This document shows positions 34,311 through 44,021 of a stretch of DNA of 64,000 bases, in pieces (the stretch's first letter is position 1; the number at the start of each line of letters is the position of its first letter). The notes beneath the pieces are model-generated. The model worked only from the letters and a program-made list of their open reading frames with translations, was not told the DNA's origin and did no database searches. Source of the DNA: Pelagomonas calceolata (Eukaryota); contig CAKKNE010000004.1 of the NCBI GenBank assembly GCA_918797485.1, positions 1 through 64,000 on the forward strand, in the 5' to 3' direction. A program made the position numbers and the translations under genes.

Positions 34311-34843
34311 TTGACTATCGGTGGGGTAGTATGGGACCCAGCGAGATCGCTACGGCGACTACTGGGGCCCCTCGGGTAATTGACGTTTTTGACGGGAACG
34401 GGGCGCCATCGGGTCCAAATTGTTTACTTTTTGTGGATACAGATCGGCTCGCGGACGCCCTCTGGGACAGGTCTAAGGTCGGGTGGTCCCCAACGCCGCA
34501 TGCGCTGGTTCTTGGGGCTCTCCAGTGAGCTCTGATCGAAATCTTTGGCAAATCATGGCCAATAGAGGTATAGCGCACAGGACCATGGGAGATGTATCTT
34601 ACACTGGAAGCGGCGGCGTAGGCGGCGTAGGCGTTTGCACGCGACCACTACAGACCCAAAAACGACCCCAGGGAGACCTCCGGGCCCCGCCTCGACAGGA
34701 TTCCATCGACGCGGCCGTCATGGCGCGACCGTCAATATCGCGAATTAAAAAAATTATTTTTTTCGGCCCCCGGTAAGTGTCCCATTGATCTCTTTGGACC
34801 GTAAACGAACGGAGCGATACTCGAACAGCTGCATATGCGTTGA

Positions 34844-34873
34844 GCTTGCTTGCTAGTGTCTTACACCGCTAGC
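34844..34873 (+). promoter_or_regulatory. CTAG-bounded element, copy 6
   Basis: GCTTGCTTGCTAGTGTCTTACACCGCTAGC. Confidence 0.7.
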
Positions 34874-35066
34874 TGACCCCGACGTTCGGAGCGCACTTTT
34901 GCTGCCTCGGCTGCACTAGGGCTGACGATATCAGCTGCACGCACAGCACACATCGGTCGCTGCGAGGCCACGATCTGCTGCCGCCACTGCAGCTGCACAC
35001 TACTGAGTTACACTGCACACTGGGGCACGCCAGACAGCAACCCTGGCGCACCCACAGCAGCAAAAC

Positions 35067-35849
35067 GATGACGACGCGATCCTCAGCGACATCCACGTCG
35101 GCAGCGAAACGGACGACACGCTGTACGCGCTCCGCTACCGCACGGCCGGGAGCGCGACGGATGCGGACGGCGACCTCGACCCGCCGCGGAGGCGGACGCT
35201 GCTCGTCGAACACGCGCGCGCGACGCCGCTCGCCGACGTGGGCCTCCAGGTCTGGCGCGGCGCGCTGGTCGTCTGCGACTGGCTCCTGGCCGAGGACGCG
35301 GCGCGGCCCTGGCTCGGCGCGACGATCGCGGAGCTCGGCGGCGGCGTCGGCGCCGTCAGCTGCCTCGCGGCGGCGCTCGGAGCCACGGCGCTGTGCACCG
35401 ACGGCCACCGCGGCGCCGTCGCGCTCGCGGCGCGGAACGCGGCGCGGAACGCCGCGGCCATCGAGGCGGCCGGCGGCTCCGTCCTGGCGCGCGTAGTCGA
35501 CTGGCGCGCATACGCGGACGCGGCCGTGGACGCCGACGACGCGCTCGGCACCGCGGACGTCGTCGTCGCCGCGGACTGCATTTACGACGACGCGGCCACG
35601 ACGGCGCTCTTCGACGCGCTCCGGCGGGCGCTCGCGGCGCGGCCCGGCCGCTACGCCGTCGTCGCGCTCGAGAAGCGGTTCAACTTCGAGGCCGAGTCGC
35701 TGAGCGTCGTCGCGCACGGCTACCGCACGTTCCGCGGCGCGCTCGCGGGCTTTGACGCGGTCCGACTGGCCCTGCCGCCGCGCTTTGTCGACTACGACCG
35801 TGGCGACGTGGGGGCGCTGGAGTTGTGGCGGGTTGGTTGGTTGGTGTGA
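35067..35849 (+). CDS. METTL22: METTL22-like lysine methyltransferase (family 16); start codon anomalous
   Basis: ILSDIHV, DADGDLD, EHARATPLADVGLQVWRGA, ELGGGVG, AADCIYD and ALEKRFNF in one frame with no in-frame ATG. Confidence 0.8.
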   Translation, partial: DDDAILSDIHVGSETDDTLYALRYRTAGSATDADGDLDPPRRRTLLVEHARATPLADVGLQVWRGALVVCDWLLAEDAARPWLGATIAELGGGVGAVSCLAAALGATALCTDGHRGAVALAARNAARNAAAIEAAGGSVLARVVDWRAYADAAVDADDALGTADVVVAADCIYDDAATTALFDALRRALAARPGRYAVVALEKRFNFEAESLSVVAHGYRTFRGALAGFDAVRLALPPRFVDYDRGDVGALELWRVGWLV

Positions 35850-36029
35850 AGCGGTGTTTTGTGTTGTTTTGTGCGAGCGTTGTTGCGACCTCGGCCGACA
35901 CCGCGGCGTGGGACATTATAGACTGCCAGTGTTACAGCGGGGAGGGCGGGAGGGCGGGCTGTTAAGGGAGGGGCGGGTGGGGTGGGTAGGGCGGGGACAC
36001 AAGACAGACGATGTTGAGCGGCGCACGCT

Positions 36030-36917
36030 CTACTTCGTTGGCTTGACAGAGGGAGACGGCGTAGGTATGGTCGTCGGTACGTACGTCGGCTTCGAAGAAG
36101 GCAGCAGGCTCGGCTGTGCGCTCGGGGCAGCCGTCGGAGTGTAGGACGGTTTGCTGATCGGCACAGCGGAGGGCGACGGCGTCGGCGCGCCGGTCGGCAC
36201 GTAGGTCGGAACCGGGACGGGCACGATCGTCGGGTTCTCCGTGGGCTGCGGCGTCGGCAGGTACGTCGGGCCGCACGGCGCCGTCTGCGACACACCATTG
36301 CACATATGGACGGGCGCAGCCGTCGGTTTGTAAGTCGGCGGCATGGGCGTCGGGGCGTCCGTCGGCTTCGACGTGGGTACGTAAGAAGGCTGCGACGTGG
36401 GCGCCGGTACAGGTGCGTCCGTAGGCTTCGACGTGGGCACGTAAGAAGGCTGCGACGTGGGCGCCGGGAACGGGGCGTTCGTAGGCTTGCTCGTCGGGAC
36501 GTATGACGGCTGCGCCGACGGCGCGAAGACCGGCGTTGCCGTGGGCTGCGGCGTAGGAATGTACGTCGGGTTCTTGTTGCTCGGCACGCTCGTAGGCGTG
36601 TAAGTCGGGAGCGACGAGATCGTCGGTCGCAGGGACGGCGACGGGGTCGGCTTATATGATGGCGTCGGCGTAGGCTTGGGCGTCGGCCGCGGCGACGGCG
36701 CCGGGGTCGGCCGGTACGTAGGCTCCGCCGAAGGTTTAACAGACGGCGACGGAATAGGCGGCGTCGTGGGTTTGTATGACGGCGCGGGCGTCGGCCTCGC
36801 CGTCGGCGACGGAATCGGCGAGTTCGTCGGCTTGTAGCTGGGAGCAGGGTTGCCGGCCTGTCCGGCCGCCGTCGCGCAGAGCGCGAGGAGCGTCGCCACG
36901 CTCTTCCGTCGGATCAT
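36030..36917 (-). CDS. Secreted Pro/Thr/Ser-rich (PT-repeat) extensin/mucin-like protein
   Basis: Signal peptide MIRRKSVATLLALCATAAG followed by xPTx tetrapeptide repeats. Confidence 0.85.
   Translation of the reverse strand: MIRRKSVATLLALCATAAGQAGNPAPSYKPTNSPIPSPTARPTPAPSYKPTTPPIPSPSVKPSAEPTYRPTPAPSPRPTPKPTPTPSYKPTPSPSLRPTISSLPTYTPTSVPSNKNPTYIPTPQPTATPVFAPSAQPSYVPTSKPTNAPFPAPTSQPSYVPTSKPTDAPVPAPTSQPSYVPTSKPTDAPTPMPPTYKPTAAPVHMCNGVSQTAPCGPTYLPTPQPTENPTIVPVPVPTYVPTGAPTPSPSAVPISKPSYTPTAAPSAQPSLLPSSKPTYVPTTIPTPSPSVKPTK
36345..36520 (-). repeat. 60-bp coding tandem repeat x3
   Basis: QPSYVPTSKPT(N/D)AP(F/V)PAPTS repeated. Confidence 0.85.
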
Positions 36918-38117
36918 CGTCGCGATCGGACCTGCGTCGACAAGAGATGAGGGCGCGGCCCTTTGGCGGCGAAATATTGCGGCGTCCGCTTCTCTAGTTG
37001 CGGCGCCCGCTTCTCTATTTGCGGGGAGCGCCCGCGTCCCAGTTGAGGGAGCGCGCGCGCCCGCCCGCCGCGCGGCGCTGTGTGTGTGGGCCGCCCGCGT
37101 GCTGCCGCGGCGGCGGCGCGGGCGCGGCGCGGCGCGGTGAGGCCGCGGCCACTTTGGCGGCACGAATTATCTCGGCGCCCACGTCCCCAGTTGTGGGAGG
37201 CCGCGCACCCGCCCGCCGCGCGCCGCTGGGTGTGAGCCGCCCGCGTGCGGCCGCCGCTGCGGCGGCGCGGCGGCGCAGGCCTCGGCCGCGGCTGTTTGGA
37301 AAGCGAGCGTCGCCTGGGGGCTGCCCGCCGCTGCCGCCGCCGACGCCGCGCGGTCCGCTGAGGGGCTGGATTGCCGAAGGGGAGTGATATCAGCGCAGTA
37401 AACGTGCCTCTGTGCGCGTCTGCGTTGCACAGGAGCTAAATGTCGCGCACAAAACCTTTGCCAAAAATTGGCTGGCAGGTTGGTTGGTGAAGCCCATGGT
37501 GCCGTGGACATTTTTAGGGCGGGTGAAAACTCACGACCCCGGCGCCCCGGCCTCCCAGCCACCGGGCAGCCCTCGGGAAGGACCCTTACTTGAAAGGGCT
37601 CCGAGCCGGCGGATGGGGCAGCCTCATCTGGCAGCCTCCCACCCCCCTGCCTCGCTCCGCCCGGCGGGCCCGGCCGGGCGCCCAGCCGGCTAGGAGTCCG
37701 ACGAGCCCCTGCCAGGGAGGCACGGAGCGAGCCGGGGCGTGTGGCGACCTTGACGAGTCCGAGCACCGTAACCTCCATGAGAGCTCACGGTGGCTCGGCC
37801 CGAGCTCGACCGGCCCGAGGCGGCGTGGAAGGAAGAGCTACGTCGACCTCGAGGCGCGCCTCGAGGAGACACGCCGCCGACGGCGCGGCCGCCCCGCCGC
37901 GGTCGAAGCAAATTCACTGCCACCGTCGCGGGTTTCCTATTGCTCGTCCCATCACAAACGTCACGAGAGAGCCTAAAGGAAGGGGGCTCGGCGAACCCGT
38001 CCGGCGGCCTGGTAAATACCAAAGGCTGTGGGGCTGGGCGCATTTTGGCAGCACTGCCGAGACGCTTCACACGATTGGACGATACAGTTGCTAAAAGCAA
38101 CACGAGATATCGCACCG

Positions 38118-40168
38118 ATGCGGCAAAACAAGCCACGCTGCAGCCTCTTCACCTGCACCCTCACCATCGTGGGCGCGCTGCTCCTCACGACGACCCTGCT
38201 CTCGCACAACTACGCGACGCAGCAGCACCACCAGATCCCGCGGCCGCACGCGCTGCGCGGCCCCGCCTCGCACCTGGCGGCGCTGCGCGACGCGCGGGAC
38301 GCGGCGGCGGCGGCGGCGCGCGGCGCGGCGGCCGCGGCGCTCGTCGACGCGGTCGCCGTCACGAGGCCGCCGACGCCCGAGGGCGAGGCGGCGCGCGCGG
38401 CGCGGGCGGCGGCCGAAACGCTGGCGGCCGAGGCCGCGGCGGCCGAGCGGCGCGAGGCCGAAGCCGCGGCCGCGCGGGCGGCAGAAGCCGCCGCGCGGGA
38501 AGCGGAAGCCGCGCGCGAGGCGGCGGCGGCCAAAGCAGCCGCCGCGCGCGAGGCCGCCGCGGCCCAAGCAGCCGCCGCGCGGCTCGCGGCCGAGGTCGCG
38601 GAGCCCATCGACGAGTCGTACCACGTCGTCTTCTCGTCGCGACGCGGCGTCCTTTTTTTGTGGGGGGGGTCTTCCAGTGGCGGGTCGCGGCGATGGCGTG
38701 CCGGTGGGGTAGAAGTGCTCGCGATGCCGCGCCATCGTCGCGGCCATCGTGTGCTGGCGCGCCTCGGGAGAGGCCTTCGCGCCGCACACCGGGAAGGGGA
38801 AAAAAAAAACTCACAGAAAAAACAAACACAGGACGGGCTGCAGCGAGTTCCAGGACTGGCAGTCCATCGGCGTCTTCTCGTCGGCCGACGCGGTGGGCCA
38901 GCGCGGCGTCATCACGCGCATCGCGAGCGGCTGCCGGCCCGGGCAGGAGGCGAGCATCCGGCACGCCATGTCGCACCTGCCGGCGCGCTGCCGCGTCTTC
39001 TTCGCGCCCGACACGGACGTCAAGGACCACGCCGGCCGCTACTACAAGTACGCGAACAAGCCGCTGGGCATGATGAAGTGGCTCCAGGCCGGCAGCGTGC
39101 CGCCGACGGCGACGGTCGCGCTCATCGACCCCGACTTCTTCTTCCTGCGGCCGCTCTGGCGCGGCCCGGCGTCCGCGATCGTCGCGTCGACGGCGTAGCG
39201 GTGTGTGTGGGTCTGCGTTGTCTCGGTGGTCGCGTCGCGCGTACAATCGTCGCGTCGGCGGCGCCGGCTCAGCGGTCACACTCAGGCACGACAGCTTCGA
39301 CGCGGACGACGCGACGTTCGCGTCCGGCGCGGCGAAGAAGACGCCCATGCCGCGGCCGCTGCGGCCGGGGACGATGATCGCGCAGCGCTACGGCATCGGC
39401 GGCAAGCCCTGGACGAGCGCACCCGGCCGCAACGGCCAGCTCGCCTGGAAGCTGCGCGACTATTTCACGTCGATCGGCCGGCCAGACTCGCCCGCGAACG
39501 CGCCGGACCTCAACGAGCGCAGCGCCGACGCCTTCTACTCCATCGGCGCGCCCTACATCGCCCTCGCGTCGGACTGGCTGCCCATCGCGACGAACTGGAC
39601 GGGCCTCATGCCCATGGCCGTCGCGCGGAACTTCGGGAACCTCGCGGAGATGTACGCCATGGTCATCGCGGTCGCGGACCTGGGCATCCGGCCCGCGACG
39701 GTCGACTCGCTCATGGTGAGCAACGTCGGCGCCGGCGGCGAGGGTTGGCCCTTCGTCGACCGGCTGCCGCCGGAGCGCGCGTGCGACCCGACGCTGCTCG
39801 ACGACGAGGCCCACCGGCTGCCCTTCTTCCTGCACTACTGCCAGCGCTACGAGCACGTCGAGAAGCCGCCGTACGACGAGTCGAACTGGATCTACTCGAA
39901 GTACCAGGTGCCCGACGAGATCCTGCACTGCCCGGCCGGGACGCACGACCTCGAGGGCGAGCGCCCGAAGAAGAAGGCCTCGCGGCAGCGCATGCGCCTC
40001 GACGCGGACGGCTTCCTGCCGGAGCCGTCCGCGACGGTCGACGCCGCAGTGCTTACCGGAACGAGCGGCCGCGCGCGCCTGCGCCACGTCTGGGCCTTCT
40101 GCGCGGCGACGCGGCGGACGAACCTCGCGGCGCGCGACTACCGGCGCTGGTTCTGCGCGAAGAATTAA
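38118..40168 (+). CDS. Peptidyl-serine galactosyltransferase / hydroxyproline arabinosyltransferase-like (GT96/GT95), 3 exons
   Basis: TM anchor; HVVFS|TGCSEFQDWQS, ITRIASGC, YANKPLG, LIDPDFFFLRP, IGAPY, LAEMYA and LHYCQRY motifs. Confidence 0.85.
38636..38831 (+). other. Intron (196 bp), introner-like
   Basis: GTCGCG...AAACACAG|G, phase 2; contains CGATGGCG and CGCCATCG cores. Confidence 0.8.
39159..39285 (+). other. GC-AG intron (127 bp), decayed introner-like
   Basis: TG|GCGCGGCC...CACACTCAG|GCACGACA, phase 2; contains GTCGCGTCGACGGCGT. Confidence 0.7.
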
Positions 40169-40216
40169 ATTTAGTTGTGGATTAGTGTTTTTGTCGAAGC
40201 CTACGCGTCTGGACAC

Positions 40217-40723
40217 TCAAAAAGGATCCTCCGGCCCTGAGGCTTCCTGGAAGTCGGGGTCCGAGTCGTCTGAGTCCGAAGCCGACGACTCGGAGTCGCT
40301 CGACGACGACGACGCGGACGCGTCCAGGCCCGCGGCCACGGAATCGTCGGAGATGTCCTGGACGGTGCCCTCGCGCTCGGCCTTCGCTTTCGCGCGCCGC
40401 GCGCGCTCCTCCTCGGACAGCGTCTCGCCCATCTCGAAGTCGTCGTCCGACGACTCGGCGGCCCGGGCCACGCCACCACCTGTCGGCTCCGGCGCGCCGG
40501 GCCCGATCGTCTGGCGCTTCACGCGCTTGCCCTTCGTCGCCGCCGGCACGCTGGCCACGACCACGACCGGCGGAGCCGCCGCGTCGGCGCGCTCCACCGA
40601 CGCGGGCCACGCGGCGCGCGGCGTGTGCGCCATCGCGGCCCGGCGCCGCTTGCACGCCGGCTCGGACTCCTCCTGCGCACTTTTCGAAGCGGCCTTCATT
40701 TTCTCGGGAGTGAGCCCATCCAT
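40217..40723 (-). CDS. Hypothetical low-complexity acidic protein
   Basis: 168-aa ATG-initiated ORF with Ser/Asp-rich tail. Confidence 0.55.
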   Translation of the reverse strand: MDGLTPEKMKAASKSAQEESEPACKRRRAAMAHTPRAAWPASVERADAAAPPVVVVASVPAATKGKRVKRQTIGPGAPEPTGGGVARAAESSDDDFEMGETLSEEERARRAKAKAEREGTVQDISDDSVAAGLDASASSSSSDSESSASDSDDSDPDFQEASGPEDPF

Positions 40724-41012
40724 GATATCGGAGAGCTAAACCAGAGAGCACTGAGCAGACTGACTGTCTGACTCGAATCACTCGACAAAGCGCACGTGTG
40801 CCATGCCACGCGGCTCAGAGCAAAGCGAGGGGACCCCGAGGCCGCGTTTTATAATGCAAAACGCCCGTCCAAGCGCGTCGATGTGGGGTTGATGATACCA
40901 GGTACGGGTTTTTCAGCCAAAGACAGTCTCTCTCTTCTTCCTTCTCCCGTAAAAGATATATGTTATAGTTACAGCAGGAGGAACGGCGGCATAGCAGCAA
41001 GCTCCCAACTCG

Positions 41013-41708
41013 CTAGGCCGCCTCGTCGACCTCCTCCACGGGCGCGGTCGCCGCCTCGAGCATCCCGGGCGCGGCGGCGAGCGACGCCTTCACGGACGCG
41101 GCGGTGGCTTGCGCGCCGCAGAGGACGATCTTGAGGCGCGCGTCTTCCACAACGGCGCCGGCGTAGTCCGCGCAAGACGGAGCCGCGTAAAGGGTCACGG
41201 GCAGCTCCGTCGGCGCCCGCAGCGGCATGCGCTCGAGGCAGTGCGCCATGGCCGTCGCCGCCAGGCCCAGGTCGCCGCTGATCACGCGGCACGGCGTCCG
41301 CGTGCCGGGAGCGTCGCCCTCGGCCACGTACAGCGCGTCGGCGGCCTCGAGCGCAGTTGCCGCCTCGTCAAACGCGTCGTCGAACGCGTCGTCGTCGTCC
41401 ACGACGGCCGCGGCCGCGCCGGCGCCCGCGGGCGCCGTCGGCGGGCCGCCCAGGAGCTGATCGGCCGTCTGGACCTTCGTGATGCGGTAGGCAAGCTTGC
41501 TGGGCACGACGCCGTCGCCGCACAAGCTCCAGTTCAGCGCGTAGTCGAGGCCGGGGCCCTCCCTCGGGAACTGGACGCTGTCAGCGTCCTCGGTGGGGCG
41601 CGCGAGGGCCAGGGTCCGCCGCGCGCCGGCCGTCCGCGCGCCTGCTGCCGGGGCCAATGAGTGCAACGCGCCAGTCAATGGCCTCACGGCTCGCCGCAGC
41701 GACATCAT
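41013..41708 (-). CDS. Mitochondrion-targeted conserved protein, PEPCK N-terminal-like
   Basis: Arg/Ala-rich presequence; FPREGPGLDYALNWSL motif recalled from plant PEPCK-like proteins. Confidence 0.55.
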   Translation of the reverse strand: MMSLRRAVRPLTGALHSLAPAAGARTAGARRTLALARPTEDADSVQFPREGPGLDYALNWSLCGDGVVPSKLAYRITKVQTADQLLGGPPTAPAGAGAAAAVVDDDDAFDDAFDEAATALEAADALYVAEGDAPGTRTPCRVISGDLGLAATAMAHCLERMPLRAPTELPVTLYAAPSCADYAGAVVEDARLKIVLCGAQATAASVKASLAAAPGMLEAATAPVEEVDEAA

Positions 41709-41865
41709 CGGCAAAGCGAAGGGTTCTCCGGCAGCCGCAAATGAGTTCAGGCTACCTCGCTTTGTGCCTTCTGTCCCTTTCTACGCGTTTGACGCCAAAT
41801 TCATCGACGGGGGCTTTTTGCTAGCATCTCTATAGCGCTAGCTTCGTTAAATACAGCAACAAAAC

Positions 41866-42822
41866 TTAGCCAGGCGGAAAGTGCGCCGCCCGAAGCCCGG
41901 CACCCGCCCGATCCGCCGCGCACTCCGCGTCGTCGTTACCAACGAACCATAAAGTAAGGGCCCACCGATCCGCGGCCGCTGGAAGAACCTCGTGCACGAC
42001 ACGATCCGCGAAAAAACAAACGAGCCTATCTCCCGTCGGAGCGACGTCGACGCCTTCTCCTTGCGCATCTCCGCGCGCGTCGTCGTCGTCGCAGTCGACG
42101 TAGATCCGCAGCGCGCCGCCGGCATCCCACCCGGGCTCCTGCAGATAATAGATGCACGTGATCCACCGCTTATCGCGCGGCCCGCCACCATCGACGCACG
42201 CGTTGTCCACGTGGCGTGGGTAGCGACCCGAGGCCATCTGTACCGCGAGCTTCGTCCCGTACTCGCGCGGCGACACGCGCTCCGCGCCGAGCAATGCATT
42301 GAGCGCCGGTGGCAACGTCAAGAGCCAATCTCGCGTGAACGCGAGCAGGTGCGGCGCGTCGTCGAAGTCCGTCGGTTCGACCTCGCACGAGAGCACCGCC
42401 TCCTTGTCGAAGGGCACGCCGTCGCTGCCGACGGATTGCGACGGCCCGAAGCGGTCGCGCCGTCGCAGCGCCAAGGCGTCTTCCAGCATGGCGCCTCGCA
42501 CGTCATTGCCGAGCACGTCGTCGAACACGACGTACGGCTCGCCAAGTTCAAATAATCTGCGGTAGAGCTCGGGCGCCAGCTCGCGCGCCCGCGTCGCCGC
42601 CCCGAGGATCGGCACGCTGTTTTCGTCGACGGGTATGGCCGCGGTCGCCAGCGGTCGCGTCGATGGCGTAAAACGCAGCGCCGGTCTTCCCCGTGATCCA
42701 TGCGGTCGCATCGATGGCGTCCGGGGCAGCGACAGCGGCCGGCGCGCGATGACGTGACAGCGTCTTGTTTGCGATCGCGTTGCGCCATTGATGCGCTGCG
42801 CAGCGATTATCCGCATGGCCAC
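41866..42822 (-). CDS. EGLN/PHD-type prolyl 4-hydroxylase-like 2OG-Fe(II) oxygenase
   Basis: YPRHVDN, RWITCIYYL, GGALRIY, VHEVLP and RWALTLWF motifs. Confidence 0.88.
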   Translation of the reverse strand: MAMRIIAAQRINGATRSQTRRCHVIARRPLSLPRTPSMRPHGSRGRPALRFTPSTRPLATAAIPVDENSVPILGAATRARELAPELYRRLFELGEPYVVFDDVLGNDVRGAMLEDALALRRRDRFGPSQSVGSDGVPFDKEAVLSCEVEPTDFDDAPHLLAFTRDWLLTLPPALNALLGAERVSPREYGTKLAVQMASGRYPRHVDNACVDGGGPRDKRWITCIYYLQEPGWDAGGALRIYVDCDDDDARGDAQGEGVDVAPTGDRLVCFFADRVVHEVLPAAADRWALTLWFVGNDDAECAADRAGAGLRAAHFPPG

Positions 42823-42994
42823 GCCGCGTCTCAGTATGCTTGACCGGCAGCACAGGAGTGCAGTCGCTTTTGAGCGCTACGCAGTCTTTCTTGGTGGCTG
42901 AAAGCTCGGCAGCGCGATGAAGGATATATTACAGATCGCCGGACACCAAGAAAGCCAGCTTTGGCTGCTTGGCGCTCTTGCGGGTCAAGCACGA

Positions 42995-43018
42995 GCTAGC
43001 GGCCGGTAACACACTAGC
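42995..43018 (-). promoter_or_regulatory. CTAG-bounded element, copy 7
   Basis: rc GCTAGTGTGTTACCGGCCGCTAGC, 173 bp upstream of ATG 42822. Confidence 0.65.
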
Positions 43019-44021
43019 AACACCAGCTCCCGGCGCAAGGGCGAAGGCGCGGGTCGGCTCGCCTCAAAAATCTTGGATTGCGATCGCGGTCTTGGGATCG
43101 AGAGTTCGACGTCCGCGGCGCTGATGTGGAAAAGCCGTCTAGCGCACGAAACCCGAAGGATAAACCCGTTTTGTTGGGTGTTGGTGTGTTCGGCCTCAGG
43201 CGAGCGCACGATGGCGGCGCGAGCGTAGTCGCGGGCGCCGCGGCGCCCGTGTGGACCTGCGCCGGCGCCGGCGAGGGCGGCGGCGGCGGGGCCGCGGCGT
43301 TGCGTCGGAGTTCAGGACGACATTTGATCTCCGCGGGATTTCTGAGTTCCTGGCCTAGTTGGGCGTGCGCGAGGGCCTCGCGGACGCGTCATCGCGACGT
43401 TCGGCGCGGCGTGACATGTTGGGCAAGTAGGCGATTCATCCTCGGCTTCCTCGCAATTCAACGGGTCGACGGGCCTTCATTGGCGATGTTGACTCACCCC
43501 AGCAATTCAAGCTGCTTCCGATGACTACACCCCGGGTCCTTCGTCGGCGCAATGTTGCAACCGCGGGAGTGTTTTTCGTGACTAACCCGCGGGTGCGGCG
43601 GCGGGCCGGCGGCGGGCCGCGGGCAACTCGTCGGCGGCGGCACTCGGGCACGACTCCACGGAGCGGCGGCGCGGCGGGATCCGGAATACCTTGACTAGCT
43701 CTGGGTCGGGTCTCAAGCAAAGCGCCTTCGCGTCCGCGTTCAGCAGACCAAGGTTGTGCGGCGGCGGTTCCCCTTTTTTTTCCCGCACATCGCTGCACGA
43801 CCTCTGCGACGAGTCCCCTGGGGCGGGGAGGGGTCCCGCAAGACCGCGCGCAAAAACCCGTCGGTTAAGCAGAGGCTAGGCTAGGCGCAAAACGCAATTG
43901 CGCGACGTGTGACGCGCACAGCTCGCGAGGGTTCTTCTGTTACACGTGCCAACCCGCAGCCGCAGCGCTTGGGAGCGTCGCTGCTTAGCTGGAGTAGAGG
44001 CCACCCCCACAGCTGGGCAAG

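Noticed and set aside
37696..37806. Hammerhead-like strings CCGACGAG and TTGACGAGTCC followed by stems
   Set aside because: CUGANGA is imperfect and the GAAA core is absent
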